Positions 17,381 through 32,300 are shown, counted from the stretch's first letter. The stretch is 64,000 nucleotides of DNA from Callorhinchus milii (GCF_018977255.1 NW_024704765.1:1426001-1490000), one strand, 5' to 3'. Made by a program: numbers and translations. The notes: a model not told the origin generated them from the letters alone.

Positions 17381-20300
17381 ATGGCTCAGCCTCTGCTGCT
17401 GTTGGCGGCGGCTCTCCTGGCTCTCGCCCTGACCCTGAGTTGGGCGGAGGTGCCGTTGGCAGACGGGGAGCCGCTGGAGCCTTACGACCGGTTGTTTGAT
17501 GCGGCGGTGAACTCGTACCATCGAAACGATTGGCAAGGGGTGATCATCAACATGGAGCGAGCCCTGAAGAACCAGCAGGTCCTGTATCAGGTCAAGACCC
17601 ACTGCCGGCTCCAGTGCAACAACCAGACTGGCTTTGTGTCCTCGGCCAGCAGCAGGGACTTCCTCTTCGACCTGAACTTCTTCAACACGGTGCTGAGGAA
17701 GGCCGAGTGCCTGCGAGCCTGCAAGAGCACTAGGCTGGGACCAGACTCACTGCATCAGGTCACTGAGGAGACCCAGCTGGAGTTCAAGAGGAGGACTCCT
17801 TACAACTATCTGCAAGTCGCTTACTTCAAGGTACGTCTCAGCCTCTCTCCAGGGCAGCAATCGGGAGCAGCTCCTTAAACACCATTGTCTCCAATTAATT
17901 TAGGTCCCGATTACCTTGCAATTCAGGTGGGTTCAACCAGTTTCGCCCACAAGATGCACAGTCGATTCACTTGACAGTATAGTCTGTGAAGCGCTTTGAC
18001 GCATCTAGAAAACATGATAAGGTGCTGTATCAAATACAAGGATTATTATTATCACCCCACAACTGTTTGCCCCCCAAGTCCCCTGCCCCCTCGCCCCCCA
18101 TCAGTCCATCGGTATCTCAAAGAAATAATGGCAGTAATTCTCCCGATATTTCCTGTCTTATATTCTCCGCCCCATCCAGAATTCGCACACAAAATACTCG
18201 CTTTACAGTATATTTACAGCGCTTTGAGACGCCTCAACGACGCAATAAGGTTTTATATCAAATGAAAGGATTATTATTGATGAAATTGTCCCCAAATTGT
18301 GTTTGATCGGCCGCTTGTCTCAGCGTCGTGCTGCCACGTTTGCCTCCATGATAGCGATCGCTTAATTTTAAAAGAGACTTGAACCCGCGTAACACTTCGG
18401 GACTTTAGCAATAAATATAATGCTCGCATTTGACACTTTGTGCATCTAGTGCAAAAAAAGCGTGTAACTGTAAAGTTTTATTCTGGAGAGAGAAAATTGA
18501 ACGGCTTGAAGTTCCCTCAAAATCGCAGGGGGTAACTGGCTCTGCAGATCAGGGCAACATTGAACCCCAACACCCTACAGCTATCAATCACTGCAACCAT
18601 AAAACGCAAGGATTATTATTACCCGTCTGCACAGTTAGATGTTTTGTTCAAGACCCTCATCTTCGCCTGTGCCTTCGGTCACCAGGTTGAGAGACACCGA
18701 AAGGGACTTCCCTCCAACCACCCCACACCCCCCTCGCCCTCCACCCTCCCCGATTCTGACCCCCAGCTTGGGTCCGAAGCACTGATTATCCAGTGCCTTG
18801 GGAGGTCCTCCTGACGTGAAAGGCGCTGTGTAAATGTCATTTTATTGTTGTTGTTGTGAATTTGTTGGCTTCTGAAATGCTTGTATCAAGCAAGGATCTC
18901 GGGGAGTTTAAAGGGCTCCGCACACACACTTCACAGGATCCACTCGGGAAAGGGAGACAGTCACAGTGTAGGGACTCTCGCCATTTAACGCAGTCCGCTG
19001 GCTTCCAAACTTTCCGGGGGAATGTGTTCAGTTTGTTTTAACACTGCCCTGGAATTCTGCCTTCCTTTCATTCAGGCAATAGACGGAGCTGAGGCCTAGC
19101 TCCCTCCCCCTCCCCCTCCCAGCCCCTTGCTCTGAGCTGCCACGTCAAAGACCGGGTGTCGGCTGGAACTTGCTCAAAGGCTCCCAGCGGCTTCCAGTGC
19201 TGCAGAAACTTCGCTCTGGGAATCCCTTGGTATTAAAAAGGAGGCGTGAACTGAATGAGAGTCAGTACGCACAGCTTGCATATTCTGCAGTAACAACCGT
19301 TTACAGTAAAAGCTTCTAAATTTCTTTGGTGCGGAGGGGAATCTTTTCAAAACCATTACGACAACTTATAATTTATATAGTGCCCCTTCACAGGAGCGCT
19401 TAACAGTGGCGGAGCCAGGGGGAGGGGTTGGACATGACCATAAGTACGGTTGAAGAGGAAGGTCTTCAGTGGTGATCGAAAAGAGGGGAAGTGAGGGCCA
19501 AGGCAGGAGGATTGGGGGAGAGAGTTTCAGAAGTTATCGCCCTCACTCAGGTTGATGTTTCCGTGCAGTACTGTGGAAGCAGCGATGTCGGAGACGCCAG
19601 CCTTCTTTCCCATTAGGCTGAAGTCCCGTCTGTCTTTTGAAGTGAACGTTCACAATTGCGTACAAATTCATAGCACACAGCAGAAAAGAGTGGTTCCTGA
19701 GTCGGTTCATGACTTGAGGGCATCAATTTAAGATAGCTAGCAAACGAGCAAATAGGGAGCTTGGGAATTTTTTTTCACAGTTAGGATAGAGCGATGGTTG
19801 AGGCAGAATCAGTATTAGCTTTAAAATGGAAATAGATAAATGTCTGTAAAAATAATAATAATCCTTGCATTCCTTAGCCCATCTTGTCTCAGCCGCTCTT
19901 TGAAAGAGCAATCCATTCAATCCCATTTCCCTGGTTTTTGTTTGCCCCCTTACCTTACAGATTACTCTCTTTTGGCTGGATGGAACCCAGTGTGTTAGCT
20001 TTGTTGCCTCTGAGCCAGAAGGTTGTGGGTTCAAACTCCACATCAATTTGGAAGTGCTGGGGTGTGTTGCATTGTCGGAGGTGCTGTCCTTCATTAAACC
20101 AAGATCCTATCTTCCTGTTCAGGTTGACGTTAAAGATCCCATCGCACTATTGGAAATAGGAAAAGAAAAGGGAGTTGCTCTCGCCCAGTGTCCTGGCCAA
20201 CAATCCCCCCAAATAAAATTGCTCACTCACTGTGGGACTGTGTGCAACTGGCTGCTGCTTTTCGCTCACAAAATACACAGTCAAAACCACTTTATAGCAT

Positions 20301-23300
20301 ATCACCTTTGAGACCTCTCAACAACGTGAAAGGTGCTAGATCAAATGCAAGATTTCTTCTGATTTTTATTATTATTATTTATAGTTATCTATCGTGTTCC
20401 CTCTTGAAAACTAATACAAATCCTGCCTCAACCACTGCGCCCAGCAGGGCAATCCGTGTTCTAACAATTCTCTGGGTAACTATTTGAGAATCAATCCTAC
20501 CAAATGTGGCCGATCAGCCAGCCTGGCTGGGCTGTCACCAGCAGTGCCCTGGGGTACAGCAGACCTGCCTGGCTCAGGAACTGGAATACTTCAAAGCACA
20601 TCTCAAAACCCTCCTCTTTGACTGTTCCCTTCGGCTCTTCCTACCCTCCCTGCCCTCCCCACTCCCTTACCCCAACTCCCTGCTCGGGTCCAAATCCCTG
20701 ACTATCACTTCACTTTACAGTATATTCTGTGAAGCGCTTTGAGATGTCTCGAAGATGTGATCAAATACAAAGATTATTATTATTATTATTATTATGCTGA
20801 CAGTCCAATGCAGTGCTGAGGGTATGCTACATTGTCGGAGGTGCTGTCCTTCAGATGCAATGTTAATGTTAAACCCAAGGGCTTAAAGACAGTCTTTAAT
20901 GTGTTTTGATCGGCAGATTAAGAAGCTGGACAAGGCTGTGGCAGCGGCCTACACCTTTTTTGTGGCTAATCCAGAACATCTGGAGATGCAGCAAAATCTG
21001 GAGTATTACAAGCTGATGGCTGGTGTGAAGGAATCGGACTTTACAGATCTGGAAGCCAGACCCCATATGGTAACCCAACCACAGCAATTCCCTTTGCATT
21101 TGTATAGAGCCCTTCACGTGGGGTAGCATCTCGGAATGGTTAACAGTGGCGGAGCCTGATGCTGAGCCAGTGGTTGGGGGGAAGTGACCGTAAGCACAGT
21201 CGAAGAGGAAGGCCTTCTGGGGTGATCTGAAAATGAGGAAGGAAGGGGCAAGGTGGAGGGATTGAGGTACAGAGTTCCAAAATTTCGGGGCGTAGTGGCT
21301 GAAAGCGCAGCCACCAATGGTGGATTGGAGGGAACAAAGGACAAACAGGAGGCCGGAGTAAATAGAGTGGAGGCAGCAAGCTGTGGGTTGGTGAGTAAGG
21401 TTGTAGGGGTAGAGGAGGTGCCAGGGCACAAAGGGATTTGAGTGAGAGGATCTTGATGTCGATCCATGTGATAAGGAGCCAGTGGAGCTTGGCTAGAACT
21501 GGTGTGATGGAGGTATGGCATATACGGGCAGCTGAGTTTTAAATTGTTTGGATTTTTGTGGGGAATAGTTGTGGGAGAGGCCTTGTCCTTCAGATGAGAC
21601 ATGAAAGTGGTCCCGTCTGTGCCTATTCAGACCAACCGTGAAGATCCCGCCACACTACTGGAAAAGAGAATGAATTTTCTCCTGGGCCCCTAGTCAACAA
21701 TCCTCCAGATTAATGCATCATTCACTTCATGTGTGCAGGACATTGCTGTACGCATAATAGTTTCTGCCTTCATCTGCAAAATACACAGTCACTACACTTG
21801 ATATAATTTCCAGGTGAACTGCTCTGAGACATTTTGAAGTTTGAGGTTGATCATGTAGATGATATAGATAATATGGATCATATAGATATCTATAGATTTA
21901 CTGTGAATATTTATATTTAAGGTTCTTTCTCTCTCCCAGGAATCGTTCCGGGCGGGAGTCAGACTGTACACAGATGAGCAGTTTCTAGCCTCGATCGAGC
22001 TCTTTGAGAAAGCTTTGGTGCAGTACCTCCAGGCAGATATGGAGTGCCGAGCACTGTGTGAAGGTCCGTATCTCTTTGATGGTTACAGTTACATGGAGTA
22101 CAATGCAGACCTCTTCCAAGCCATAACAGGTACTTACTTTTCAGCTTATTTCAAAACCTTTCAGCTGTTCCAAAGAGGGATAGAGGGCAAGCAATTTGGG
22201 ACGTCCTCCTGACGTGAAAGGCGCTATATAAATGCAATTTCTTGTTGTTGTTAAAAATGTGACTTACATGGGAAGAACCTTCCACTCTCCAGCTTGTTTT
22301 GGTTGTGATGGGATCACTATCATGATTGATGACGATCAGCATTTCATCTGAAATTCTACCACTGCTAACATTAACTAGGAGGGAGGTTTTCCCCAGTGTC
22401 CTGCAAAACAGTATAGTGACTGTGTAATTATACATATTCGATGCACAGTCACTACACCTGCCAGCAGACAGGCACTATGCTTTGTGATAAGTCCTGTGAA
22501 GCACTTTGAGGCATCCTCCCAACACGAAAGGTACTGTATCAAATGCAAGGATTGTTGTTGTTATTGTCATCCTGGCTCAGTTGGTTGCATTCTTGCCTCA
22601 TTTTTGCTTCAACTATATAGAGCCTTGGTCAGACCCCATCTGGAGACTGCGTTCAGTTTTGGGCACTTCATCTCAAGAAGGATATATTGGCTGTGGCGGA
22701 TGTGTAACGCAAATTTACCAGAACGATACCAGGGCATAAAGGGTTGAATTATGAGGGCAGGTTGGATTAACTTGGTCTCTATTCGCTTGAGTTTAGAAGG
22801 TTGAGAGATGATCTGATTCAGGTTTTTAAAATAATAAAGGGATTCAATAGTGTAGTTACAGAGAACCTATTTCCTCTGGTGGGGGAATCCAGATCAAGGG
22901 GCATCACTCTAAAATTGGAGCTAGGTCATTAAGACGTGAAATTATAAGGCTTTGAAGGCATGATCTTATCCATTTTTCACCCAAAGGGAAGAGGGAAGGT
23001 GAAATCTGGAACTCTCTCCCCCAAAAGTCTGTGGATAAACAACAATTGATACAGCGCCTCATCACATCTTCGAGACGTCTCAAAGCGCTTCACAAGACAC
23101 TGTAAAGTGAATTGACTGTGTATTTTGTTGGCGAACTGCGGCAGCTAATTGTGCACAGCAGCGTTCCACAAACAGTCGTGGATTGAGTGACCCAATTAGT
23201 ATTTTATTAATGATCTCTTGAATAAATTATGCTGGATCCATTTACATCTTCAAGACGAAGGTAGATAGATATTTGTCAGGTCAGGGTATTAAGGGGTATG

Positions 23301-26300
23301 GGGTGAGGGCGGGTATTGGGACTTAAGGTACAGATCAGACATGATTTTATAGAATGGCAGAACAGGCTCGAGCTTCTGAATAGCCTAGTGCTGGTTCTAT
23401 GTTGAGACTCACAATCTCACGAACCCAATCAATGTGACCATCATGTTGACGCAGTTGGAATTGGCTTGGCGGTTAAGAGAAATGATGCAGTCACAAGTTT
23501 GTTTGCATGACTGCTCTTAAAAGCTAAGACAATTACAACTCTATCGATAACTCTGGTCTTTAATCATAATGGGGTCCTGTAGCGTGTTGGTTAGAGCAAG
23601 CCAGAGGATCCGGGCTTGATTTCCTAGCAGCACGATACCTTAGGCAAGTTTCTGATTAACTTAAGTATTTTTAGGAAACAAAACAAAACTAGAGCTATGG
23701 CCACCAGTAAGTGGTCATACACTGAAGCCACCAAAAAAATTGGTTTGAGAAACAATGGTTTATAGGCTGACCTGATGCAGGACTTGGGGGAGCGATATAT
23801 TGTCAGACGTGACATCCTTTGCGTAAGCTGTTAGACTAATGTACTGGTCAGATAGAAGTTAAAGATGCCTGGGACCTAGTGAAAAGAGAAGGGAATTCCT
23901 CCTGGTATCCTGTCCGACAGCCCCCCAGATAAATCGTTCATTTGTGCCAGTTCTTCAGTTGGATGTTACAATAATACAGGAAACTCCTGATAACTCATCA
24001 CTCTGAGTGAGGAAAAAGGATTCAGTGACAAGTTATTAGGAGTGGCAAGTTCGGCACATGGATAAATATCCGGGATATTGACTCAAGTGGGGCTGACAAA
24101 TTCAGACAGGGCTGAGTTAGCAGGAGTTTACCGTTTAATAAAAAGTACATGTTACTTTATCTTTCATTAAAGTGCTCAACTGTCCTATTCTCTACCACAT
24201 TTGCTGTGTTTTTTCAGATCATTACATTCAGATCCTGAGCTGCCGGCAGAACTGTGCTGTGGAGTTGGCTAGCCGGCCTGGGAAAGAGAAGCCCATCGAT
24301 AACTTCCTGCCCGCCCATTATGATCACCTGCAGTTTGCCTACTACAACAGTTGAGTGTGTCCGTCCCTTGAGAGCAATTATTACCTGTGAAACTTTAATG
24401 TCTTCAGGTCCCTTCATTCGCTGGCACCTCCCTACCTCTCTGACCTGCTTACTCTCCAATCCATTACCCATCGCCTCCCCTCCAGCCTCCTGCCTGTCCC
24501 TCCTGCCCTCCGTTCCACCTTCGGTGGCCGCGCTTTCAGCCACTTCCCCCTGAAACTCTGGAACACTCTTCCCTCTAGACCTCCTCCTTACATTTCAGTG
24601 AGTGAATAGTGAACCTATGGAACAGGCTCTCTGGGGAGACGGTTGAAGTAGGAAATATTGATTCTTGCAAACACAGATTATATAGTTTTCTCTTAGGAAA
24701 TAACATTAGGGAATACAGTACATAGAAAGTTTGGAACATATGTGCATGCGACCACCAAGAAGCTGGAAGGCCAACTAGATGGGCCTTGGTCTTTTTTCAT
24801 CTAGCATTTCTTATGTTTGTGTGCTCCCTCCTTCCCGACCTTCAGATCATGCCTGAAGACCTTCCACTTCGATCAAGCCTATGGTTGAGGGTTGGGGGCT
24901 GTATTATTGGAGATGCCTTCTACTTGAGAAATGACACCATGGGCTTACACGAAAGAGAAGGGATCTCTCTCCCAGTGTCCTGGCCAACGATCCCCCAAAT
25001 AAAATTGCTTCTTCACTTCATGGCTGTTTGTGCACAATGCAGCTGCTGCATTTGCCTACATAATACAGTCACTACATTTGATGGTATATCCTACAAAGAG
25101 CTTTGAGAGACGTCTTCCCAATGTGAAAGGCGCTGTATCAAATGTAAATTTTAAAAATTATTTTGAGGATTATTAATGTGGGGTCTTCATTTCAGCGGAG
25201 AATTATGAAAAGGCCATTGAGTGCACCAAAACGTACCTTCTTTTCTATCCCAACGATGAGGTGATGAACCAGAACCAGCAGTATTACGAGGCAGTACTGG
25301 GAGACCAACTAGCGAGACACATTGATGCCAGAGAGGTAAGGAGTCCTCAGACCCTATGGTTCAAATGCCTTCTTGTTGCTCTTTTCTGTTAGCATTGCCT
25401 CATTCATGCGTGATGATAATTCTCCTCAAGATGGTAGGAATTTGATTGCTTCACCGGCTCCCTTTCCCCCAGTGGATCGAGTTTAACATCCTCATCCTCG
25501 CCTGAAAGTCCTCTACAATGTTGTTTTGCCCTACCTCTGACCTCCTAAAACCCTACAACCTGTCTGCTCCCTCCACTTGGCAGGCACTGGCCTGCTTCAT
25601 GTCCCCCCACCCTGCCCGCTCCATCGCTGGAAGTCGAGCCTTAAGCCTTTCTGTCTCCACCCTCTGGAACTCCATCCTGGAGCCCCTCCACCTTTGCCCC
25701 TCACTTGCCTCCTTCAAGTCCCTTCTCAAGACCTTCCCCTTTGACTGTGCCTTCGATCATCTTCCCACCACCAACCCTTTACACCTTCTTGACTCACAAC
25801 ACCCAGGTGGGTTACACCTTGGAACATCCTCCCGATATGAAGGGCACTGTATAAATGAAATTTGTGTTTGTTGTTGTCGTTGTTGGTTCGGGCCTACGTC
25901 TCCTTACACCTGAGGTCCTAATCCTGTCACTAGCCGAGTGGGGACCAGGAACTGCCCGAAGGAAAGGGAGGGAAAATCTGAGATCTTATCCCAGGAGGAG
26001 AAGTTCAATGAAAACTAACCCAGGATGAGGTCTTAAATCCTCACTAGGCTTTGATGAGGCCTGGGAGGCTTGTGTCAAATTGGTTACAAAATGCCCCATT
26101 TCCCCTGTTTTTGAGCCGTGCTGAACAGAACTCTGGCTCATTGCCGACTCTTCTTATTGAAGGTAAGTTGTGTTAGGGTACATCTATGTTGACACTTTTC
26201 CTGTATCGGTGGATGTCCAGCGCTCTTATCTGTCGAACAAATCGATGCTGGGATTCCTGTGCTTGACACTGTGGAGTCCTGTAGCTCAGTGATTAGAGCA

Positions 26301-29300
26301 CTCGCTTTGCAAGTGAGAAACCTGAGTTCAATTCCAGGCAGAGGGCGAAACCTTGGGCAAGTTTCCTTACTCCACACTCCTAATAATAATCCTCCAAAAC
26401 CAAAAACAATAATAAATTGGTCATTTTCAATCCACGACTGTTTGTGGGACATTGCTGTGCGCAATTGGCTGCCGCGTTCGCCCACAAATATACAGTCAAT
26501 TCACTTTACAGTATATTCTGTGAAGCACTTTGGGACGTCCTCCCGACGTGAAAAGCGCTATATCAAATGCGAGGATTATTATTATTATTATTATTACTTT
26601 TCTGTCTCTTCCTCACAGAGAGTCCAGGTGTACATCAACAGCTCACTGCTGGAGAAGGAACTGCTGTACTTTGCCAACGAAGTGTTTGGGATCACATTTA
26701 TAGACCCAGTAGGTTGCTGCATGTTGACACATGTGACCCAGTTGATGTCTTTTCTATAAGACCTGTTACAACATGGAAACAGGCCATTCGGCCCAACTCG
26801 TCTGTGCGGTGTTTAAATGCCATATGACTCTCCTACCCATCCTATCCCCCTCTCCCATACCCCTCCTATCCCCCTCTCCCATAACCCTCCTATTCTCCTC
26901 TCCCATACCCTTCTGCTCCCTTGTGTATGAAGCTTAAATATTGTACATTGATGCTTTCAGCTTCAGCCACAGCTTTCCTGAAGGGAGTTCCACATTTTGA
27001 CCACACTCTGCGTGAACATTTCCTCTTAAACTCCCTGTTAGATCTGTTACTGGCTATTTTAGAGTTACGCACTAATTATAGTCAAACAAACAAGTAAGTC
27101 AACACCCAATCATTTCATTCCAGGTGAAAGGTGTGATTATAAGTGCATTTTGTTGTTGTCCAATAATAAGTGGCACTTTATTAAGCCACGTCTCAGAGAG
27201 TACTGTGCTTTTGGTCACCTCTCCCCCCCGAACCCAATTCAGCTCTCACCCTCAACTCTGGTGTCTGACCAGCACTGTGAAGCACTTTGAGAAATCTTCC
27301 TGACAAGACAGGTACTGTGTAAATGTAAATTGTATTGCAGTGTTAGTGTGACTAACCCATTTCTGCCTTCTCAGGACGCTTGGACTCCAGAAAATGTGAT
27401 GCCTGTTAAACTCAGGGAAAAACAAAAGTAAGGAGCGAAGCCTTTGAGTAGAATATAATGGGGAAACAAAAGGCAAAACACTACAGATGCTGGAAATCTG
27501 AAATAAAAACTGAAGTGGCTGGGAACACGCAGCAGGTCAGGCAGCATCTAAGGAGAGAGAAAAATTAGTTAACGTTTCAAGTCAATGACCTTTCAGATCT
27601 GAAACGTTAACTCATTTTTCTCTTTCTTGAGAGATGCTGCCTGACCTGCTGCGTGTTCCCAGTGACTTCTGGTTTTAGAATATATCAAGAGCCTGGAATT
27701 TGGGATCTGCCTCACTGCCCAATTGTAATATTCTAATCCCACTTGCTTAATCTCCCTGTCCTGAAAGTCTCAACAGTTCCACGAGAACTTAGAAGATTGA
27801 GTGGAGGCCAGTTAGAGGTTGGTGACCAGAGGGCATCGATGTGACATCACAAAAAAACAGAGGGAGAGGTTAGACACAGAGGGTTATTAGAACATGGAAT
27901 GGCCGACCAAAAATACTGAGGCAGAATTGATACCAACAATTGGGTAAATATTTGAAAAGGAGAACTTGGAAAGGCTGGAGGGAGGGACAGGGACCGAAGA
28001 CAGGGGATTACAATACAAGACAAAATTACGCCTATATTTGTAAAGCTTTCATGTTGGGAGGACATCCCAAGGCGCTGGACAGTCAGGGATTTGGACCTGA
28101 ACTGGGGATTGGGAACAGGGAGGGTAGGGAGGGTAAGGTGGGGGGGGCTGAAATCTCGGTCGAAGAGAAGGTTTTTGAGATGTGCCTTGAAGGAGGTAAT
28201 GGAGGGAGCGAGGCGAAGGGAATGTGGGATGAGTTCCATAGGGTGGAGGGAAGGCTAATGGCCTGGCCGCCGATGATGGGGCCGGGCTGGGTATGGGTCG
28301 TGGAGCAGGGACCAAATCGAAAGCTCTCACAGAGAGCCAGCACTGGCACGAGGGGATGAATGGCCTCTCGCTGTGCTGTAAGATTCTAGGCTTCACGACT
28401 TGTTCTCAAGGGATGATTCCATGACCTCACATGATCCACAGCCAAGTGTCTTCCCTTCACACAGGCCAGACAGTGAGTGTGGGGCAGGGAGTGACCACTA
28501 GAGGGAATATGTACACAGTACAGTACAGTAGAACCCTGTTAGAATGGCCTCGTTATTGATGTGTGGACTTCACCACTTACCTACAAGATCTGACAAGTAC
28601 ACGTTGGTTTTGTCTGTGCTTCACAATGCTGATAAGGCATGTAGGAATTTTTTTGGGTTAAGCCGGGTATCTGACACACATGTGGGAACCCATCACGGTG
28701 CTTAAGAGTATCCAAACCGAGCTGAGAATTCCATGCATCCCACCTACACATGGAAATCCCAAAGATAGATTATTGGAATGGAATGCGCTCTCTCTCTCTC
28801 TCCCTGGAAGGACACACCCTGCTTACCTAATTCAGGAAAGTATTAGGCGCAGGTTGGCAAGAGCCAAGCCTTGTGGGGAATTCAAAGGTGGGTGTTGGGG
28901 TGACTGCTATAGTCTATCCAGCTAAAACGGCATAGCTTGCTATTGATATCACTGTCTGGCAAGCTTTCCTACTCTTTCTCCAACTAGGACCAGCCTACCC
29001 TTTAAGGCTTTGGCTTGCAGGGTTAATAGGAGATGACTCTCCCGAACTGACTGCCGTGCAGCTCATTGCTGGTGACAACAGTTCCCTGTGAAGGGCTTGG
29101 GGTTAGGCTCTAACACCCACAGCGCAGTGCTAAAGGGACGTGGGCTGTTTGGTATTTTTTTAGAAAACTACTGAAATGGTTAATCTGTTGAAACAGGACT
29201 GAGCGGGAGACTGCAGCGCGGATCAGCGAGGAGATTGGGAACCTGATGAAGGAAATCGAGCATCTTGTGGATGAGAAGACCAAGGAGTCGGTGGAGATCG

Positions 29301-32300
29301 TTAAGATGGTCCGAGAGGGTGAGTGAGGTGCCTGTGATCTGACCGCACAGACTTTTACGCACTAAATAATAAACTGAGCTGGTTCCATCAGCTCTCAATC
29401 ACTCATCTCGCAAGCGAGACGACCTGGGTTTGATTTGATTCCCGGGCAGGGCAAAATGTCGGGCAATCTTCCTTGCTCCCCACGCCTTTTTTACCTAGCA
29501 GGAACCCAATTGTTAGTCGATTGGTGGATCACTTTCTGGGGGTAATAATCCCTTCAAAAAAATAAAATAAAAATAATATTTACTCAATGCTTGGTGTTTG
29601 TTGGACACTGCTGTGCATTTCGTCCACAAAATATACAGTCAATTCACTTTGCAGTATATTTTTGAAGACATGCTGAGGCGCTATATCAAATGCAAGGATT
29701 ATTATTATAATAATCCATCAGACTGCAAGATCCTCGACCAGACCTTTAAATCCCTCCACCATCTCCCCCTCCCCCTCCAACCCCTTCCTGCCTTGTTCTC
29801 ACTCTTTTTGCTCTTCCCTCATTCCGTCCATTCCACTATGGATAGCTGAGCTTTCAGCCCCCACGCCCAGTGCTAATCACCTAACCATGTTATCTGAGTT
29901 GTTCCCCACCCCGCCTCCTGACTGTCTGACGGACCTTTGAGGTGTGTTGACGTTTCTCTCCTGTTGCAGGAGGTCCTGTGCTGTATGATGGGGTGCAGGT
30001 GGTGATGAACTCCAAGATGATGAACGGCACACAGAGAGGCCTGATGGACGGAGTTATCACCCCCAATCAATGCCTGGAGCTCCGCATGCTGTCTAACGTG
30101 AGTACGTCTAGGCTGATATGCCAGTGCAGTCCTGCAAAAGTGAAGTACATCCCCAGCACTGCACTGGAGTGTCAGCCTGGACCATGCAAGTTCAAAGTCT
30201 CGACATGGGTTTTGATGAAGTAGATAGAGAGAAGCTGTTTCCTCTGGCGGGTGGGCCAGTAACCAGAGGACACAGATTCAAGATAATTGGCAAAAGAACC
30301 AGAGGGAGACGAGGAGACTTTTTTTTACACAGAGTTGTTACGGTCTGGAAGTCACTGCCTGAAAGGCTGGTGGAAATAGATTCAATAACAATTTTCCAAA
30401 GGAAATTGGATAGGTATTTGAAAAGGAAAATATTTGCAAGGATATGGGGAGAGTGGGACTGATCGGGTAACCGGCAACTGGCAAAGAGCTGGCACAGGCA
30501 AGATGGGCCGAATGGCCTCCTTCTGTGCTGTAATATTCTATGAGGCTAGAACGCGCCACCTTCTGACGGAAAAGCAAGAGTGCAAACAATTGAGCCAAAG
30601 CTGACACTTAACACCCACACATTTCTTAACACAAAGAAAAATGATTGAATGGAACAGGGGTTAACAGGAAGGGCCAGGCCGCTGGGATTCAATTAAGAAA
30701 ACTATCTGGTGCTGTGATGGGAGGATAATAGGGATTGTGGAGAGATGAGATCAAATGTGCCTTAGGTTCTTCTTCATCCAAACTAATCTTGTGAGCGGTG
30801 TACAGTTGGCTGCCTCGGCCGGAGATGGTTACCGTGGAAAACCTTCACCGCACACTCCCAACGAGCGATTCCAGGGAGTGACCATGCTCAAGGCTCTCAA
30901 GGTAAGTCCTCCACATTTTGTGTTTCATTCAAGCTTTAATCACAGTCTCTGGAAGTTTTCAAAGAATGAGACTGAAACACACAAACATCACCGTCTTAGC
31001 TGGTTAGACTCCAGCAGTTACCCCGACTCACATTCTAGGGTCCCCAGGTTTTGCCTTTGCCGACATCTGTCTAATCCTCTCCGGAATTAGGTTAAATGGG
31101 GTGTATCTTTCCAGGGAGAAAGAGTCACATTTCACTCCAAGCCTGGGAATATTTACATGTAGGCGCTGTATTTATTTGTCTTGAGTTTTATCGATTCTAC
31201 TCTAAAGTTTATCATAGAATCGTACAGCACAAAAAGAGGCCATTCGGTCCATTGAGTCTGTGCGGCTCTTTGAGAAGAGCAGTGTAATATCAATCCCACT
31301 CCCCGGCCCTTTCCCCATAACCCGCAAACCCGTCCTCCTCAAATACCCGTCCACCGCGTTTTTAAAAGTTGTTATCGAATCGGCCTCCACCACTGTTTCA
31401 GCCAATGCGTTCGAACAACTCGCCAATTGAAAAAATGTCTTCTCCCCTCCCTCGGCTTCTTTTTGAATCTGTGACCTCGAGTCACCGACACACCCACCAG
31501 TGGAAACAGTTTTCCCTTTTCTAACCTATCAAATCCCTCATGATTTTGAAGACCTCTATTAGGTCTCCTCGTAACCTTTATGGGACATAAATTCAGAATT
31601 CTCTGGGAAAGATTTAAAGGGAGAGGGTATTTTACGTAGAATATTATACGAAGTTAAAATGCTTTCTTACAAGTGGTGAAGCTCAGTCCATAACATTTTA
31701 AATGGAACGTAATAGTGAGAAGTAATTAAGGGTGCAGGGCAAAGAGCAAGGAATCCCACAAACAACCATGAAGTGAATGATCAATTTGATCATGAGGATT
31801 GTTGGCCAGGACACTGGGAGAGAGAAACACCCTTCTCTTTTTCACTTCCATCTGAACAGACACAGGCATAGTTGGAGCATCAGTTTGAACCCATAACCTT
31901 CTGCCCCAGAGGCAAGAGTGAAAGTGACTGAGCCAGGCTGACGTCTGGTATTGTCTTGAGTTTACAACAGTGTGCTCTTGTTTTTTAACAGCTGGCACAG
32001 GACGGCAAGGTTCCTCTGAGTTCAGCTAAACTCTATTACGATGTGAGCGAGAAAGTCCGGAGAATTCTTGAATCATATTATCGCCTTGAAAAGCCACTGC
32101 ACTTCTCCTACACCCACCTGGTTTGCCGTACGGCCGTAGAAGGTAAAGCCACGAGCAGTATGTCTTCCCTTTCCTTCCCTTCCCATCCCTCCCTCAGGAA
32201 ACTCCTCCAGCCTCTGCTCTTCCAAGTCCACTCTACTGCTCCTCCTCATCACTCCCTCCAGTCCATTGGTGGCCAAGCCTTCAGGCCCGATATCCCTACT

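Noticed and set aside
24345-24357. Apparently odd P3H1 exon 4 donor (A|GTTGAG)
   Set aside because: Weak but canonical GT; exon size and phase fit, so it is not evidence of pseudogenisation.
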